Shown here one piece after another: positions 37,290 through 50,404 of a stretch of DNA of 64,000 nt; the first letter of the stretch is position 1, and the number at the start of each line of letters is the position of its first letter. This DNA comes from Heteronotia binoei (Eukaryota). A model generated the notes under the pieces. It was given only the letters and a program-made list of their open reading frames with translations, was not told the origin of the DNA and ran no database searches. The translations under genes were made by a program, and so were the position numbers. The stretch is from contig NC_083243.1 in the NCBI RefSeq assembly GCF_032191835.1, positions 54,312,001-54,376,000 of the forward strand, given 5' to 3'.

Positions 37290-37735
37290 ACTATTAGCAG
37301 AGGGTAGCTTTGTTGGTCTGCAGTAAAACAGTTAGATTTAAGTCTAGTAGTACGGTACTTCAGATTTTCAGCGTTAAGTTTTGAGAGTCAAAGCTACCTT
37401 CGTCAGATACGAATGGAGCTTTGGCTCTCAAAAGCTTACACCCTGAAAATCTTTGGGGGGTATTTTTATATTTTTTTAAATGTGCGTGTGTCTGTGTTTG
37501 TGTACACATGGAAGTCATGGTGACCTCTGGTTACTGACCCCTACTGGGGGCCTGAAGGATAGTCAGACAGGTAGCTGAATAAAGCCTGCCCCTGCCCCCA
37601 GGCTCTGGTATTCCAAGTACTTGCCAGAGTTGGCCCTGCTTAGCATCTGAGATCAAGCTTTCCTGGGCTATCCAAGTGATAGATATACCCTGAAAATATT
37701 GTTGGTCTCTTAAGATGCTACTGGACTTGAATCTA
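37290..37735. mobile_element. Penelope-derived inverted-repeat element interrupted by the 5S SINE; relatives at ~15515-15635, 35775-35870 and 58805-59000
   Basis: Arms tagatttaagtctagtagtac and atgctactggacttgaatcta; shared aatcttgttggtctttaaggtgc-type motif; degenerate CTGANGA...GAAA core. Confidence 0.55.
37454..37684 (-). mobile_element. 5S rRNA-derived SINE, copy B
   Basis: 16-bp TSD a(c/t)accctgaaaat(c/a)tt at 37438 and 37685; body shared with copies A and C. Confidence 0.8.
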
Positions 37736-37929
37736 CTTATTTTATTAAGAACTAAGGCTGCAAAATAATTTAGTGACTGCTTAATGAGTCCAAGGAGGAA
37801 CATTGATTTGAACTTGAGTTGCTTAAATCACAGACCAGCTTTAGTGCTCCCCTGTCACTGACTACTGCATACTACATTTTGTACATTTGATTTGTTGTAT
37901 AATATAGTTCTTGGCTTGGCTCCATCTAG

Positions 37930-38028
37930 ATTGGTGTAAATGTTCCAATTCCAGTGCCTTTACCAATGTTTTCCTTCACTGGCTCTCGTGGGTCCTTCAG
38001 AGGAGATACCAATTTCTATGGTAAACAG
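37930..38028 (+). CDS. ALDH6A1: ALDH6A1 exon 11 ([33 protein letters not shown])
   Basis: 99 nt, tctag/gtaagc. Confidence 0.97.
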
Positions 38029-38308
38029 GTAAGCTTTTGAAAAGATACATAATTGTTTCTTTCCTCGCCTCCCAATGTCTTGCTGCAGCCACTGTTCATA
38101 GTAACAGACTTCTATGAGATGGACACTGGGAAGGGAGAACTTAACAGCATGCTAGGTTTCTGAGTATTAAAGGAAAAAGTTATGTTTTCAGGAGGAATTC
38201 CTAAGTAGAAACTGCACTTGCCTCAGGGTGGGGAGGGAAATGTCTTTGACAAACCACCTAGAACATCTAAGGTTCATTCTCTGATACTTGTTCTTCATTC
38301 TTTTTCAG

Positions 38309-38413
38309 GGGGTGCAGTTTTACACACAGTTGAAAACAATCACATCTCAGTGGAAAGAAGAAGATGCCGTTGTTGCTAGGCCTGCTGTAGTTATGCCAAC
38401 CATGGGGAACTAA
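38309..38413 (+). CDS. ALDH6A1: ALDH6A1 exon 12 (GVQFYTQLKTITSQW...MPTMGN-stop); methylmalonate-semialdehyde dehydrogenase
   Basis: 105 nt ending in TAA. The 12 exons sum to 1611 nt (536 aa plus stop) with consistent phases. Confidence 0.96.
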   Translation, partial: GVQFYTQLKTITSQWKEEDAVVARPAVVMPTMGN

Positions 38414-39533
38414 AGTGGCTTCTTGCAGTGGTTAGAGATGCTGCACTTCCACAGTGCAGGCTACTTCTGGACATTCATTACTAGTATTGCGCTTTTCATT
38501 TCAGGACCTTCATTTCAAATCAAATTTGCTATGGGCCTTTAACTTCTAAGTTTAGAATTTTCAGATTTTTTTCCATCTATGTATTAGCTAAGCTCCATTT
38601 TTCTTATGAGTTTCTCTAGTAGAGAAAACACTGTACTGTGAGCAGCCACACAAATAGGATCTGCTTCTTCTGTCCATTTCACAGTATTGAAATTAAGGCT
38701 GTGTTTTCCATGGAATGTTACAGTTTCCAGTGCCAGTTACTTCAGATGCTGCTACCACTCTGTTTACATCTGTTGTATTCTGCTGCTGTAAAAATCCAAC
38801 TCATCTTTTTTGTCCCCTTGAAGAACAGAGCAATATATTTTGGGAAAGACAAAACTGAGCAATCCTTAACTTTAATGAGCAATTTTCAAGAATTTAAAGC
38901 ACAGAAAATGTCAATTTCAATAGCACAATGAGGAGTGCATGAAACCTTGCTTTTTGCTTGGGGATTTAGACCTCACCATGTATGTACACAAGATGAAAAT
39001 TTGATTTCAAAATGAACATCCTTGCCTTTCAGAGCAGTGTGCCTACACACTGTTTAATGTTCTTGAAGCCAGAGTACTGTGTAATTGTTTCTGCTTTTCA
39101 GTGCTACAAGTCCTCCCAGAAACTAAAAATACTTCTAATAGTCTTTGAGGTATTGCTTTCCATTGCTCAACCGAATGGAAGCAAAGAACTTCCTTTAATT
39201 GTAGGCTCTAGGGCTAGTTCTAGGCAGGTCCTTTGATCTACATGCTATACGCACATATGACTTTGCAGATGGAGGGCTTGGATAGTGGACATAGTTTAGT
39301 TGTGACTGGTACAGTCATCGGATGATGTAGTTTTTGGTTTAATATCTCTGATGGAGTAACAACAACTGACAAAGTACTTAAGCTTGAAAATCATGCTTTG
39401 GATTTTGTTTTATCTATTCCAACAATGCATGAACTTCTTTTGTATTCTACCCTTTTGCAACTGGCAAGCACTTAAATCAGTTAAATTGGGTTTTCATCTG
39501 TATGCTAGAGGGGCTTCTGATGTGTTAATCATG

Positions 39534-40264
39534 AATAAATAGTTTTTAAATTCAGAATCCTTTTGGGGTTTTTTAACACCATTTATTTCAGTAATTAAGA
39601 GCACAATTCTACTGGACTGTGGCCACTGTCTCTTAGCAGTGTATTTCCTTCCTTTACAAATCTTGGTGTTGTCAAAATACATTTTGCTGAGATTTTATTT
39701 TGGAATGCACAATTGTTAGATAAAACCTTTTTAAAAGAAATCAGTTCCAAGCCGACTTGAAAAAAAGATGCATTTTCATAGCTGCAGTATTGTCTTTATG
39801 GATGTGAAGTCCCAGAAGGAAGACAGAGAAAAAAAGCTTTCATGATGTCAGTTGTTTCTTAAATCTAGACCACCTTACTCTAGCAATGGTGGTATTATCT
39901 GAATATCTGGAAGGCTTGTTTTATGAGTAGTTGACTCAGACATTGGAGCCTGCTGAGTAATGAATGTTAAACTGGGAGTACTATCAGCAGGCCTGTAAGG
40001 AGAAAATAAATGGTCAATACAAACCCATACATTCATTTAGATTAGCCAAACTATGTGACTTACATTTCTTTTCCAAGTTGTACTAAGTATTATAAAAGTA
40101 TTTTGATTTAGCCTGTGAGTATCCCTGAATACACATACAAGCCCACACTTTCAGATACTCAATAGATGCTGATTTCACAGATTCTCTTTCTCTGAAAACA
40201 ACCTTCTCTTAAAATTGGAACCAGGAGATCACTGTAGAGGCAGCCTATATACTTTCTTAATAAA
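39534..40264 (+). terminator. Candidate ALDH6A1 polyadenylation signals (AATAAA at 39534, 40005, 40259)
   Basis: Hexamers downstream of the stop codon; which one is used cannot be determined from sequence. Confidence 0.35.
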
Positions 40265-41677
40265 ACCCCATCTCATAATGTTCCATTCTCAAACTGTAAG
40301 ACCTAAGATTGAAGGCCACAGTGGTTGCACTGTGATTTCCACCTGATCACCATCCCTGTTTATCTTCTCCATAGCAGCCTTACAGCACCTTAAATAACAT
40401 TCATTTTCTTTGCAATTTTTCTGCTGATCTCCCTCTCCTCTGCCAACAACAGAGGCAGAAATCCCTACAAACCAGCAGCTGGGCTCCTTCTGACTGAACA
40501 GGGAAACATAGTCCAGGCTACTGGAATGTCAAAGTTAAGATGTAGGGTAGGGAAAGGAATTTTAAAAGCAGCCAGAAGAGAAGGGGTGGGGGATAATGTC
40601 TGAAATGATGTCAGCAAGTGTATCTGGGCCATTCTTGGTGTCCCCTTCCCTTCCTCATGCCAGGAAATTTCCTCTCTCTTACCTCATCCAGACCAAGAAG
40701 AAAATAAAAACATAATTGATTTTAAGGGAATCAATATTGTCAGAAAAAGAATTTGACTAAATGATTATCCTTACCTCCTAGCTTTGCTTTCTGTAGTAGT
40801 AAAAGAGGCTACAGGAATCAAAGCACGACTGTGTTTCCTAGAACAGAAGCAACAAGAGAAACAAGTGAAGTGATTATGAGATTAAGACTTCTCCCACTCT
40901 ATGAGTGAAACAAAAACTTACTGCTGGCCTTAAATCTAGCTCTTATTTGGCTTGAATGCAAGTGATAGTAAACTGTACTATGCAAAAGCTTCTGATAAAA
41001 AATTATTGGTTCTATAATAACAGCTGAGGTTTAAAAGTGTTGCCAAGCTCCCCCTTGCACAATAAAATCAGCATGTTTTTACTTTGATTACCATGTATCA
41101 ATTAGCAATGATCATGCCCCACATTAGCTCATTTCCATTATGCAAAGCAGAGCTAGTAATTAAGTTTCCAAAGTCCTTTAGCAAAAATATTACTTTCTTT
41201 AAAATTACTTCTTCTTAAGGAAGATGGCCGTTTCTGCCACAAAGTGGCAAAATCTCTTTTGCACGTTATTTTTTTCCTACTTGCATTATCTTTTACAGAA
41301 GACAATCTCTGGCAATGGAATGGATAAATCCTCCCCTCCATGAGTAGAGGCAGGACTTGAAGAGACATCAAACTTCCACCAAGAGGAGCTGCCTCCACTG
41401 AAAAGCAGAGCTGGCGGTAGCCCTTGCAAAGGCCAAGTTGGTTTGAATTTTTAAAAAGGCAAAAAAAGATTCTGCCCACCCCACCCCACCCCCTCATATG
41501 GCCAGGGGGAACGTAGTCCCAGTGTTGCAAAGTAGCTTTATTGTTATTTATTTTACAAAACTGAAACTGCCTTTCTGCTCTCACATGGGCTACCAAGCCT
41601 GCAAACAAATTAAAACATAATAAAAATCACTTATTTAAAACCATTAAAGCAAAATCCTCTTGTTGATTGGTCCTGAA

Positions 41678-41871
41678 CAGTGTTCCCTCTAAGCTGAGTT
41701 AGCATGAGCTAGCTCACAGATTTTTAGCCTCCAGCTCACACCTTTTTGTCTTAGCTCAGGAAAAATGGCCCCAGAGCACAATCATTTATGCAGTAGCTCA
41801 CAACTTTAATGCCAGTAGCTCACAAAGTAGAATTTTTGCTCACAAGGCTCTGCAGCTTAGAGGAAACACTG
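41678..41871. mobile_element. hAT-type MITE; second copy at 57637-57830
   Basis: TIR CAGTGTTCCCTCTAAGCTG; TSD gtcc(t/c)gaa. Confidence 0.87.
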
Positions 41872-42479
41872 GTCCCGAACCATACAGAGCTTTAAAAGTC
41901 AACACCCAGATGTTTCATGCAGATGTTAAAACAGCATAGGTGTCAAGACAGAAGAACCCTGCAGGACTTCAAAGGCCAAGGGGTTGAGCAGTACTTCTCT
42001 AGCACCACTTCCTGAAACCTACATTCCTGGTAGGAGTGGAACCACTGCAAATGGGTGCCTCCCCATCCCAACGCAGAAAGGCAGCCCAGAAGGATACCAT
42101 GATTTGATGGCCTCAGAAGCCACAGGAGAATCAACAGAGTTGCACTTCCTCTGTCCATCTCCTGGCACACAACTGTTTCAGTTCCCTAACCAGACTGGAA
42201 AGAATCTAGACAATTAACTTCATCCAGGGAAACTTGTTAAGCTCTTCTGAAGAAATATATTCCCCAGCCCCCATGGACACTCCTGCAGCTGCCTTACACT
42301 TATATTTACCCCTCATTAGTAGTGAAACCAGGAGAGATAATGAATAAAGCTGTCTTGTACAAGGATGGTAGAGGCAGTTGCAATAACTATTATGTTGACA
42401 GCTCTAGAGCCCATTTGATACTATTAAAATACTATAAGAAGCTTAGCAGTATACTAGACCACCACCAGGTAAAACATAG

Positions 42480-43180
42480 TTTTCAGTACTTTAGCAATAT
42501 GAATGTGTGGTCCAAATTACTTTCTCCCATTTTACAAATGTACTTTCTACCCTCTCTAAAGTTGGTAACGGGCTGGGACTCGGGTAAACTGCAGGACTGG
42601 ATTTTTGAAAAGGATGCCCTTCGTGACATCAACCTGATCTGTCAATCTAAATTCTCTGTCTGGTATCTCCAGTTAAAGAAAAAAAAATCCTTCTCTCACT
42701 ATCTAGTGGACATCTCAAACACCCATTTAAGAAAGGCATTTACTCAAGTCTGTTTTCAAACCATGCCATCTTTGTACCTACAGGGCAGATTTTCAAAAAA
42801 AGCTGTGGACCAGGGTCTTTGCTTCTGTTGTACCGATATGAATATATTGTTCATTGTATTCTATTCTGTCCATTCTGTGAGCCCATTCGAAATAAATTGC
42901 TGAATCAATTTCTCACAAAGTTTCGATCCGAAGAGGATTGTATAAAATTTTTATTGGCCGATGCCATTCCAGATGTCACCCTTAAGATGGCTACCTTCAT
43001 CTTTTTAGCAATAACAATAAGATAATTACAGCCATCCATACAAGAATGTGGGCCAAGTTATATTCTTACTCTGCCATTCTGTTTTATTATATACGTTCTA
43101 AATCTTGTTCATAGTTTTGTATTTTGCTATGTACTTTTATGTCTTCTCTCTTTTTTTTAATGGTTAGAAGCAAACTGTAT
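42480..43180 (+). mobile_element. Non-LTR retrotransposon C-terminal fragment with Cys/His knuckle (RTEX-like)
   Basis: ORFs 42322..42903 and 42819..43025: LRKAFT...MPS..LQGRF...LCFC...HCILFCP. Confidence 0.55.
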
Positions 43181-43667
43181 ACTTTGGGGATCTTGTTCGG
43201 TTGTTATAGCCTTTGGCTAAACCAATAAAATACTTTGACTATTATGTGGACAGCTGCTTATTACTTTTGCCCGGACCTTAGTTCTTTGGGCAAAGCTCCT
43301 ATTTAACCAAAGGCCTATTCTCATTTTGACTGTATGCAGCTTGACTCTAAAGTTATGGCAGGTGTAGCAGAAGTGAATTTCACTTTCTTCTTGAAGCACT
43401 GGAATATGGGAAGACATTCCAGATACAGCTTAGGTACTGTTTCCTTTGGGGGAGTGGTGGAGACTAGTCTCCAAGGTTTTGTTACAAAAAAAAAGAATGG
43501 ATTACAAAAAATTACCCAAAAGAAAGTAAAGAGAAGGACTGTAGAAACCGCATTCTTTATCTTCTTTCAAATGCCTTCTGGAATTCTTGCTTACTCCCTC
43601 AAAGAAACAGCTTTCTCTACAAATGCTGTTGGTAGATGTTTCTCAAGCCACTACTAGCCAACACCCC

Positions 43668-43750
43668 TAGAATCATAGAGTTGGAAGGGACCTCCAGGGT
43701 CATCTAGTCCAACCCCCTACACAATGCAGGAAACTCAAATACCTCCCCCT
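43668..43750 (-). mobile_element. CR1 extreme 3' end
   Basis: agaatcatagagttggaagggacctcc...tagtccaacc. Confidence 0.8.
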
Positions 43751-44148
43751 GACCATTATTAGATACTGCTGTGGCCTGCATTTCTGTTTCCATGTCTGTT
43801 CTTTCATAATGTAGCATTTGAAACTATTTAGCACTACTTCAGAATTGTTTTTCTATAATCTAGTTTTAAGAAAAGGAAATTGCAGCAGAAAACAAGTAAG
43901 GGTAGAAGCGTAATCATTGCGTCTCTAGACAAATTATACAATGCTGGCTTCATCAGATGTTTGTTTGCAAGTTTTCCCTTTATATGTTTTTGTGCCTTAT
44001 TAAAAATTAACTTAGTTAACTAAGTGCTCCTGATGCTATTTCTACCACAATGCACTAGGACAATCTTTTAATTTCAGTGCTACTAGTTAATCTTCAAAAC
44101 TCCAAACCCTAGTTTCTCTTTTCACCTTTGCCCTGGTAGGGTCTATAT

Positions 44149-44284
44149 CAGGGGTGGCCAATGGTAGCTCTCCAGAAGTTTTTTGCCTGCAACTCCCATC
44201 AGCCCCAGCCACTGACCATGTTGGCTGGGGTTGATGGGAGTTGTAGACAAAAAACATCTGGAGAGCTACCGTTGGCCACCCCTG
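44149..44284. mobile_element. Palindromic hAT-type MITE
   Basis: TIR CAGGGGTGGCCAA; perfect 8-bp TSD GTCTATAT. Confidence 0.9.
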
Positions 44285-44712
44285 GTCTATATGATGTCTG
44301 CATGTTGGATCCTAAATACAAATAATATTAGAGTATGTTTTTACAGCTGCTGAAAATGCAAGGATTCATAGTTCAATCCAATTATCTGAATATGAGAGAA
44401 ACATTGCTTTCCCAGCTCTTCATTTTCAGGCTTTCACTCAGATACAAGTTCCCCTATGCTGAATCTCCCCTCCTAAACATTATGATATATCCAGCCCCTT
44501 TATTCTACCAGTGCTACAACTTTTCTGCATGCTGATTTTATGTGACTAGTCTGACAAACTGTCTACACAGCAGCAACACTCTGGACTCACAAGCTTTTTC
44601 AAGGTACCTAAACACTTTTAGTTTAGCAGTGCTAATTTGAAAGCATAAGAACTACAAAATGATGGGCCCTAAGACTTCTACCTAAAACCCTTGCTTGTAA
44701 ATAAAACTTTAC

Positions 44713-44817
44713 CTTGTATGCAGGCCATTCATCTTTGCAAAAAGTAACCTCAGCACACTCTCCTTCTGCTCCCAAGTCAATTCAGAAATGTCCACCTTTC
44801 CCTTCTGGATATGTGTC
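44713..44817 (-). CDS. BBOF1: BBOF1 exon 9 (THIQKGKVDISELTWEQKESVLRLLFAKMNG); downstream exons unresolved
   Basis: 105 nt, ctgcag/gtaaag; contains the LTWEQKE-VLRLLFAKMN signature. Confidence 0.93.
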
Positions 44818-45200
44818 CTGCAGAAAAAAAGAAAGATGATTATGGATTTTTTGTTAATATACCATCATAAAATCTTCAGAAACAAATGGATTTACAGATT
44901 TCACTCTCCCACAGTGCTAAGTAAACAAAATTCCTCTAAATTGACACAAGGCTTATCTTTTAATTTCTTCCATGATCTAAATTTCAAACTGTTAAGATTT
45001 CACCTGAGGTAATGAAGAAATAACATGGAAGTACTTAAGACACCTGGGGGGGGGATGCATAAAAGGGTATGTTGAAAAGTTTTTTGATCAAAAGTTCTTA
45101 ATCTAGAAATAGAATTATCCCCAATGTAATTCAGAACATATCACTGCCAGTATAAGATTGTAATATGTAAAGTTATATATCTGTTTAATTATCTTATATT

Positions 45201-45381
45201 CCAGGCTTTTTTGTAGCAAGAACTCCTTTGCATATTAGGCCACACACCCCTGATGTAGCCAGTCCTCCTGGAGTTTATAGTAGGCCCTGTACTAAGAGCC
45301 CTGAAAGCTCTTGGAGGATTGGCTACATCAGGGGAGTGTGGCCTAATATGCAAAGGAGTTCCTGCTACAAAAAAAGCCCTG
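45201..45381. mobile_element. Palindromic hAT-type MITE; relative at 15304-15502
   Basis: Ends (C)AGGGCTTTTTTTGTAGCA-like; perfect 8-bp TSD CTTATATT. Confidence 0.88.
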
Positions 45382-45639
45382 CTTATATTAATTAATTATA
45401 TATTTTGTCCTGCCATTCCTCCAAGGCGTTCAGGGCACAATAACCATCTGAGGTAGTCTGGGCTATGAGAGAATGACTGATCCAATAACCATCAGGGAAC
45501 TTTGTGGCATAGCACAATTTGAATTTGGATCTCCTCAATCCTAGTAGGATATTACACAACAGTGATGAAATTATAGAATACTATATCCACTGGGAAGGCC
45601 TAACCCACAGTAATGTAAGACCATTCTTAAGATTTTAAA

Positions 45640-45641
<2 letters not shown>

Positions 45642-45706
<65 letters not shown>
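45642..45706. repeat. (TA)n microsatellite
   Basis: Uninterrupted AT dinucleotide run of about 65 bp. Confidence 0.98.
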
Positions 45707-45710
<4 letters not shown>

Positions 45711-45784
45711 CACCAAGAGAGTTCTAGAAAGCACTTTTTATCTGTCTCCTTTTTTTCAAATTATAGGAAGGCAGCAGAAACTCT

Positions 45785-45990
45785 TAATGGGTGTCTGGAG
45801 ACAGTGAAGGGCCAGATGTGTGTCAACAAACTGAAGATGAATTTGAAAAAGATGCAAATGCTGCGAGCTGAAAGATAACTGAACCCAGCATTAGGTTTAC
45901 AGGCTGTTCTTGATGGGGCTGTAGTGTATATGAAGAATTAAATTTAAAATCTGGGAGTAATCCTGGACACTGCTCCGCAGGTTGCTGCCT
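45785..45990 (+). mobile_element. Old L2 RT fragment
   Basis: Translates to CLETV...NKLKMN and NLGVILD-like motifs, interrupted by stops. Confidence 0.6.
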
Positions 45991-46586
45991 TACGAATGGT
46001 CTTCTGTCTAATGAATTATTTTAGGATTTTAATTCGCTGATGTTTTATGAGGTTGTTATGCTTGTTCTTTGTTACTTTGATTATATTGTTAGTGATGGGG
46101 TGGGGATGATATGAGCAACCAAAACATGAGCTGCTATCCAGTCACACAGTTCAGAAGAATTAATGTCACTTCAATGACACCTCCCAAGAAAAACTTAATT
46201 TTTATTCCATTAAGACTTTAGAACACAGGACAATTATTTTCACCAATTCCCCCCTCTTACTGCAGACCCACTTTGTCCTGATGCTGTTGCAGTCTCTGGC
46301 TGACTGGACACATCCCATGGTATATTCTTTTTTTTAAAAAGAACTTAGTTCTTTTTTAAGAACTTTAAAAAGGGCCATAGTTCAGACAACTAGCACAGCC
46401 TGAGACCACAATTCAAACAGTAGAACATTAAACTTCACTAGTAGACATAAAAGAGAATGTAAAGAAACCATTCTTCCACTTTTCTATGAAGAGCTTTAAA
46501 GATTTACACAGGTTAAAAGGTATAAAACTGAAGGGTTTGGGCACTGTTCCCTTCAGTTGAGCTCTACGGTTTTTTCCAGCAGTAGT

Positions 46587-47152
46587 CAATGATGTAATAA
46601 TAATAATAATAATAAACTTTTATTTATATCCCTCCCTCCCCGCCAAGGCAGGCTCAGGGCGGCTAACAAGACATGGTAAGACCATGATACAATAAAACAA
46701 TATATAATATAATTTAAACAGTAAAACCAATAAAACAATATAACATTATAATATAAACAAATTGTGTATAAGATGGCACGGTGATTATTGATGTTATCAG
46801 GGGTTCTGTCTTAAAAAGCTAGCTGGAAGAGGACAGTTTTGCAGGCCCTACGGAATTGGTTAAAATCCCGCAGGGCCCGCACCTCTTCCGGCAGTTGATT
46901 CCACCATTGGGGGGCCTTCGTAGAGATTGCCTGTTCTCTGGTAGTTTTTAGTTTGGTTTCTTTTGGCCCAGGGATTTCGAGAAGATTTTTTGAACTTGAT
47001 CGTAGTGCTCTCTGGGGAACATATGGAGAGAGGCGGTCCCTAAGGTAGGCAGGTCCTCGACCATATAGGGCTTTAAAGGTAATGACCAGCACCTTGTAAC
47101 GGACCCGGTAAACAATTGGCAGCCAGTGCAACTCCCGCAGCCCAGGCTGTAC
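46587..47152 (-). mobile_element. 5'-truncated L2 LINE with open C-terminal ORF
   Basis: ORF 46811..47131 (HWLPIVYRVRYKVLVITFKAL); 3' end gccgccctgagcc...(TTA)n. Confidence 0.88.
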
Positions 47153-47301
47153 ATGTTCCCAAGCACAAGACTAAATCCACTTCCCTCCTCTCCCCTCCCC
47201 GACATTCCGAACTGAGCTATGTTATTTCACAGAGATTTTCACACTCTATTTCTATTCCCAACAGTCAAGACCAGATCTAAAGCTTTGCAATCCCAATGTA
47301 C

Positions 47302-47795
47302 CATTTCTCTGCTTCCTGAAGGTCCTTTTGCACGCTATTTGTGCTGTGGATGTTGTCATTAAAGGTTCTGATTTTGGGGTATTCCTCTTTCCCTGCAAAT
47401 GCCGCCATCATTTTCTTCTGATAAACAGCTTGGGCTACCTGCTTATAGCACTTCCTGCTGGTCATGATTTCCTGTTTCACCTGTTCCAGAGCATCCAAAA
47501 AGAACCTCTCCACCTCAGTCCTTTCATCCAGAATGTTTCTGGCCAGTTTCTTCACTCTGCTCATCTCTCTCCCTTTCATCTCCAAGAGCTGCTGCAGCTT
47601 CTCAATTTCTACGTGACTGGCCTGGTTCTTTACCAAAGCGTTATGTTCAATCTTTTTGATTTCAGCTTTAAATTCTCTGGCCATGTGACAAAGAGCAGCT
47701 TCCAGTTTCTTCACTTTGTTTTGCAGCTCCTGGATCTGCGCTTTCTGCTGGGTACTTTGCAGGACCTTCTCCTGAATTAACATTTCTTTTGTTTC
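47302..47795 (-). CDS. BBOF1: BBOF1 exon 8 (ETKEMLIQEK...ERTEVERFFLDAL...EAEKW)
   Basis: 494 nt, gtaaag acceptor and gtacat donor; lies in ORF 47277..47783. Confidence 0.94.
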
Positions 47796-49372
47796 CTTTA
47801 CAAAAAGATTGAAAATTTCACGAGCTATACTGTTTTTCTGACAACAATTTATTCAAACTGGTAAAATACAAACACTAAGATTATTGCTCAATTAACCCAT
47901 TACTTCATAGTTTAACAATTTCCCTGACTAAATCAAAGGGAAAATCTCAGAGACATGCCCATTCTAATAGCCTTACTGAATCAAGTGAAAAAGAGGCTAA
48001 CAGTGTCATCATTAAAGGACAGGTACACTCTTCCACTGAAGTCAGAAGTTCTGCTTTAAAATGGCACCGTTAAAGGTGGTTTCTCCTTCCAGTTTATTTG
48101 GGAGGCTACAAGATATTTTGCATTTCATAGTGCAGCCCCTGCAACAGCTGTACATTCCAGCAGAGCAGCTGAAGGAAAAATAAAAAAATAAATCATGTTA
48201 TGTTATTCTAACAAAGGACTGGATCCTACGATTTGGTTCTGCTGGTTTCTTCAAACTCTTTTGGCACAAAATGTATCACGCCAGAGAACACACAGGTGCT
48301 GATGGAATAAAATGGAAATATTCAGCCCAATGAATACTAATTTATTCACACAACTTCTAACTTGCATTTCTCCAAACATGACAGGATTTAAAGTGGTTTA
48401 CAATACTAAAGTTAAACCTCAACTTAAAGTATAATGAAAATACAGCAATAACTTTAAAACAGCAAAAAACCCCATATTCTAAAATACACCAAGAGGCTGG
48501 GAAAGACCTAGCTACCCTGTTTCACCCAGACAGGGTTCACTTATCTCACTGGGGAATAGATTTCTGGCTGCTTGATATGGCCTATGTACTTGGCTACAGC
48601 AAAAGGAGCACTGGCAGGAGCTGGGCATTGCCCGGCTCTTGTGGTGGTATCAGCATGGGACTGCGTCCATTATCTGGAAAGCCAGACTGAGTGAATTGGA
48701 TCTGGTAACCCACGCTGCGCCAAAGCATAAAACAGCAAGGACAACTTTCTGATGTTGTTGGGCAGGGCAGTACACCAAATTGGGAAGGGGTGTGTGTGAT
48801 TTGTGTTTATACATATAATTCCCTTTTGGTGGTAGCCAAATGGAGCTCTCCCATTGGCTTACAGGTACTCGACAAATAATTGGTCCATCATGCATGAGTC
48901 AACATCTCTGGCTTCCCATTGGCTGATTCCCTTACTGCAGGCCTGGGAACACTGAACAAACCACCAAAACAGTCTTACCTCAGAGAAGACACATCTCAGA
49001 TGCTTCTCCATGTCCTATCCATCAACCTGCCTCAGAAAGGGCTGCCGCTCTACTGTGGCCTCATGAAGCCTTTCCTCATAGACCTCTTTCCTGTCACTCC
49101 CTCCCTCCATCCTCCCCACTGGGGAAGCTGCTTGCCAGAGGCTGTTGCTAGGCAATCAATGTTGCCTTCAGCTGAATATAATGTCATAGAGTCCACCCTC
49201 CAAAGTAATTATTTTCTCCAGGGGGTGAAAGATCTGTTGTCTGGAGTTCAGTTATGATTCCAGGAGATCTTCAAGCTCTATTTGGAGGTTGGCTACCCAA
49301 GGCCTGGCAACCCTCTGGGTGACTTGATGACACCTGACTGGTATGATTTAACTAGGCCTGGCTGCTTGCCAG

Positions 49373-49645
49373 AGAGCCAGTTTCGTGTAGTGGTTAAGTG
49401 TGGGGATTCTTATCTGGGAGAACCGGGTTTGATTCCCCACTCCTCCACTTGCACCTGCTGGAATTGCCTTGGGTTAGCCATAGCTATCCCAGGAGTTGTA
49501 CTTGAAAGGACAGTTGCTGTGAGAGCCCTCTCAGCCTCACCCACCTCACAGGGTGTCTGTTGTGGGGGGAGAAGATAAAGGAGATTGTAAGCCACTCTCT
49601 GATTCAGAGAGAAGGGCGGGATATAAATCTGCAATTCTTCTTCTT
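49373..49645 (+). mobile_element. Squam3-type tRNA/CORE SINE; further copies at ~51757-52035 and ~53070-53350
   Basis: tagtggttaagtgtg...gggagaaccgggtttgattccccac head, L2-like 3' end and (CTT)n tail. Confidence 0.85.
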
Positions 49646-50404
49646 GCTCTTGTTCAGCAGCAGCCCCCCTATGACAGCCAGTGGAACTTAGCAGTTGCCA
49701 ACTCCAGGTTGGAAAATTCCTGGAGATTTGAGGGGTAGAGCCTGGAGAGGGTAGGGTTTGAGGAAGGTTAGGACCTCAGGTACAATGTCATAGACACAAC
49801 TCTCCAAACTAGCCATCTCCTCCTGAGGAACTACTGTTGCCAATCTCCAGGTGAGGGCTAAAAACCACTCAGAATTACTACTGTTCTCCAGATAGCAGAG
49901 ATCAGCTCCCTTGGAGGTGATGGGGGGGGGGGGGTTTAATGCCTTCACTTGGGTGGGAGGGAAGACAGCAAGGGTAGGGGAACACTTGCCCAGAGCCTCC
50001 TTCTAGAGTCCATTGCATTTTTCTGCATAATGGGCCTTATTCCTAGTTATATTATAAGTTACTTCCCACTTCATAAACTATGTTTTTTCTTCAACATCCT
50101 CATCTTGGTATTTTGGTAACTTGTAGGAATATCAATTTAATAAATTAATTACAAGCCAGTGAGCAATCAATGAAATATAACAATTTGATTCTATCACCCC
50201 CATAATGGAAATAATGCCATTGTACATCTATATTCATGATTCTGGTAAAAACAAGCCAGAATAAGACCCTCATCTTTCTAGGGCGCTGACAAACATTAGC
50301 AATTTTTACATTAATCTTTGTGCAGATATACTAGTGAAATGCACCTAAACAAATATTTTAAGATCTCTTCTTTATGCACGAATACAAAATATCATAACAA
50401 GAAC

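Noticed and set aside
41375-41395. CTCF site (CCACCAAGAGGAGC)
   Set aside because: Two core positions mismatch the consensus.
43590-43670. BBOF1 exon 10 candidate ending at a GTAAGC donor
   Set aside because: No upstream acceptor gives the required phase without a stop, and there is no recognisable homology.
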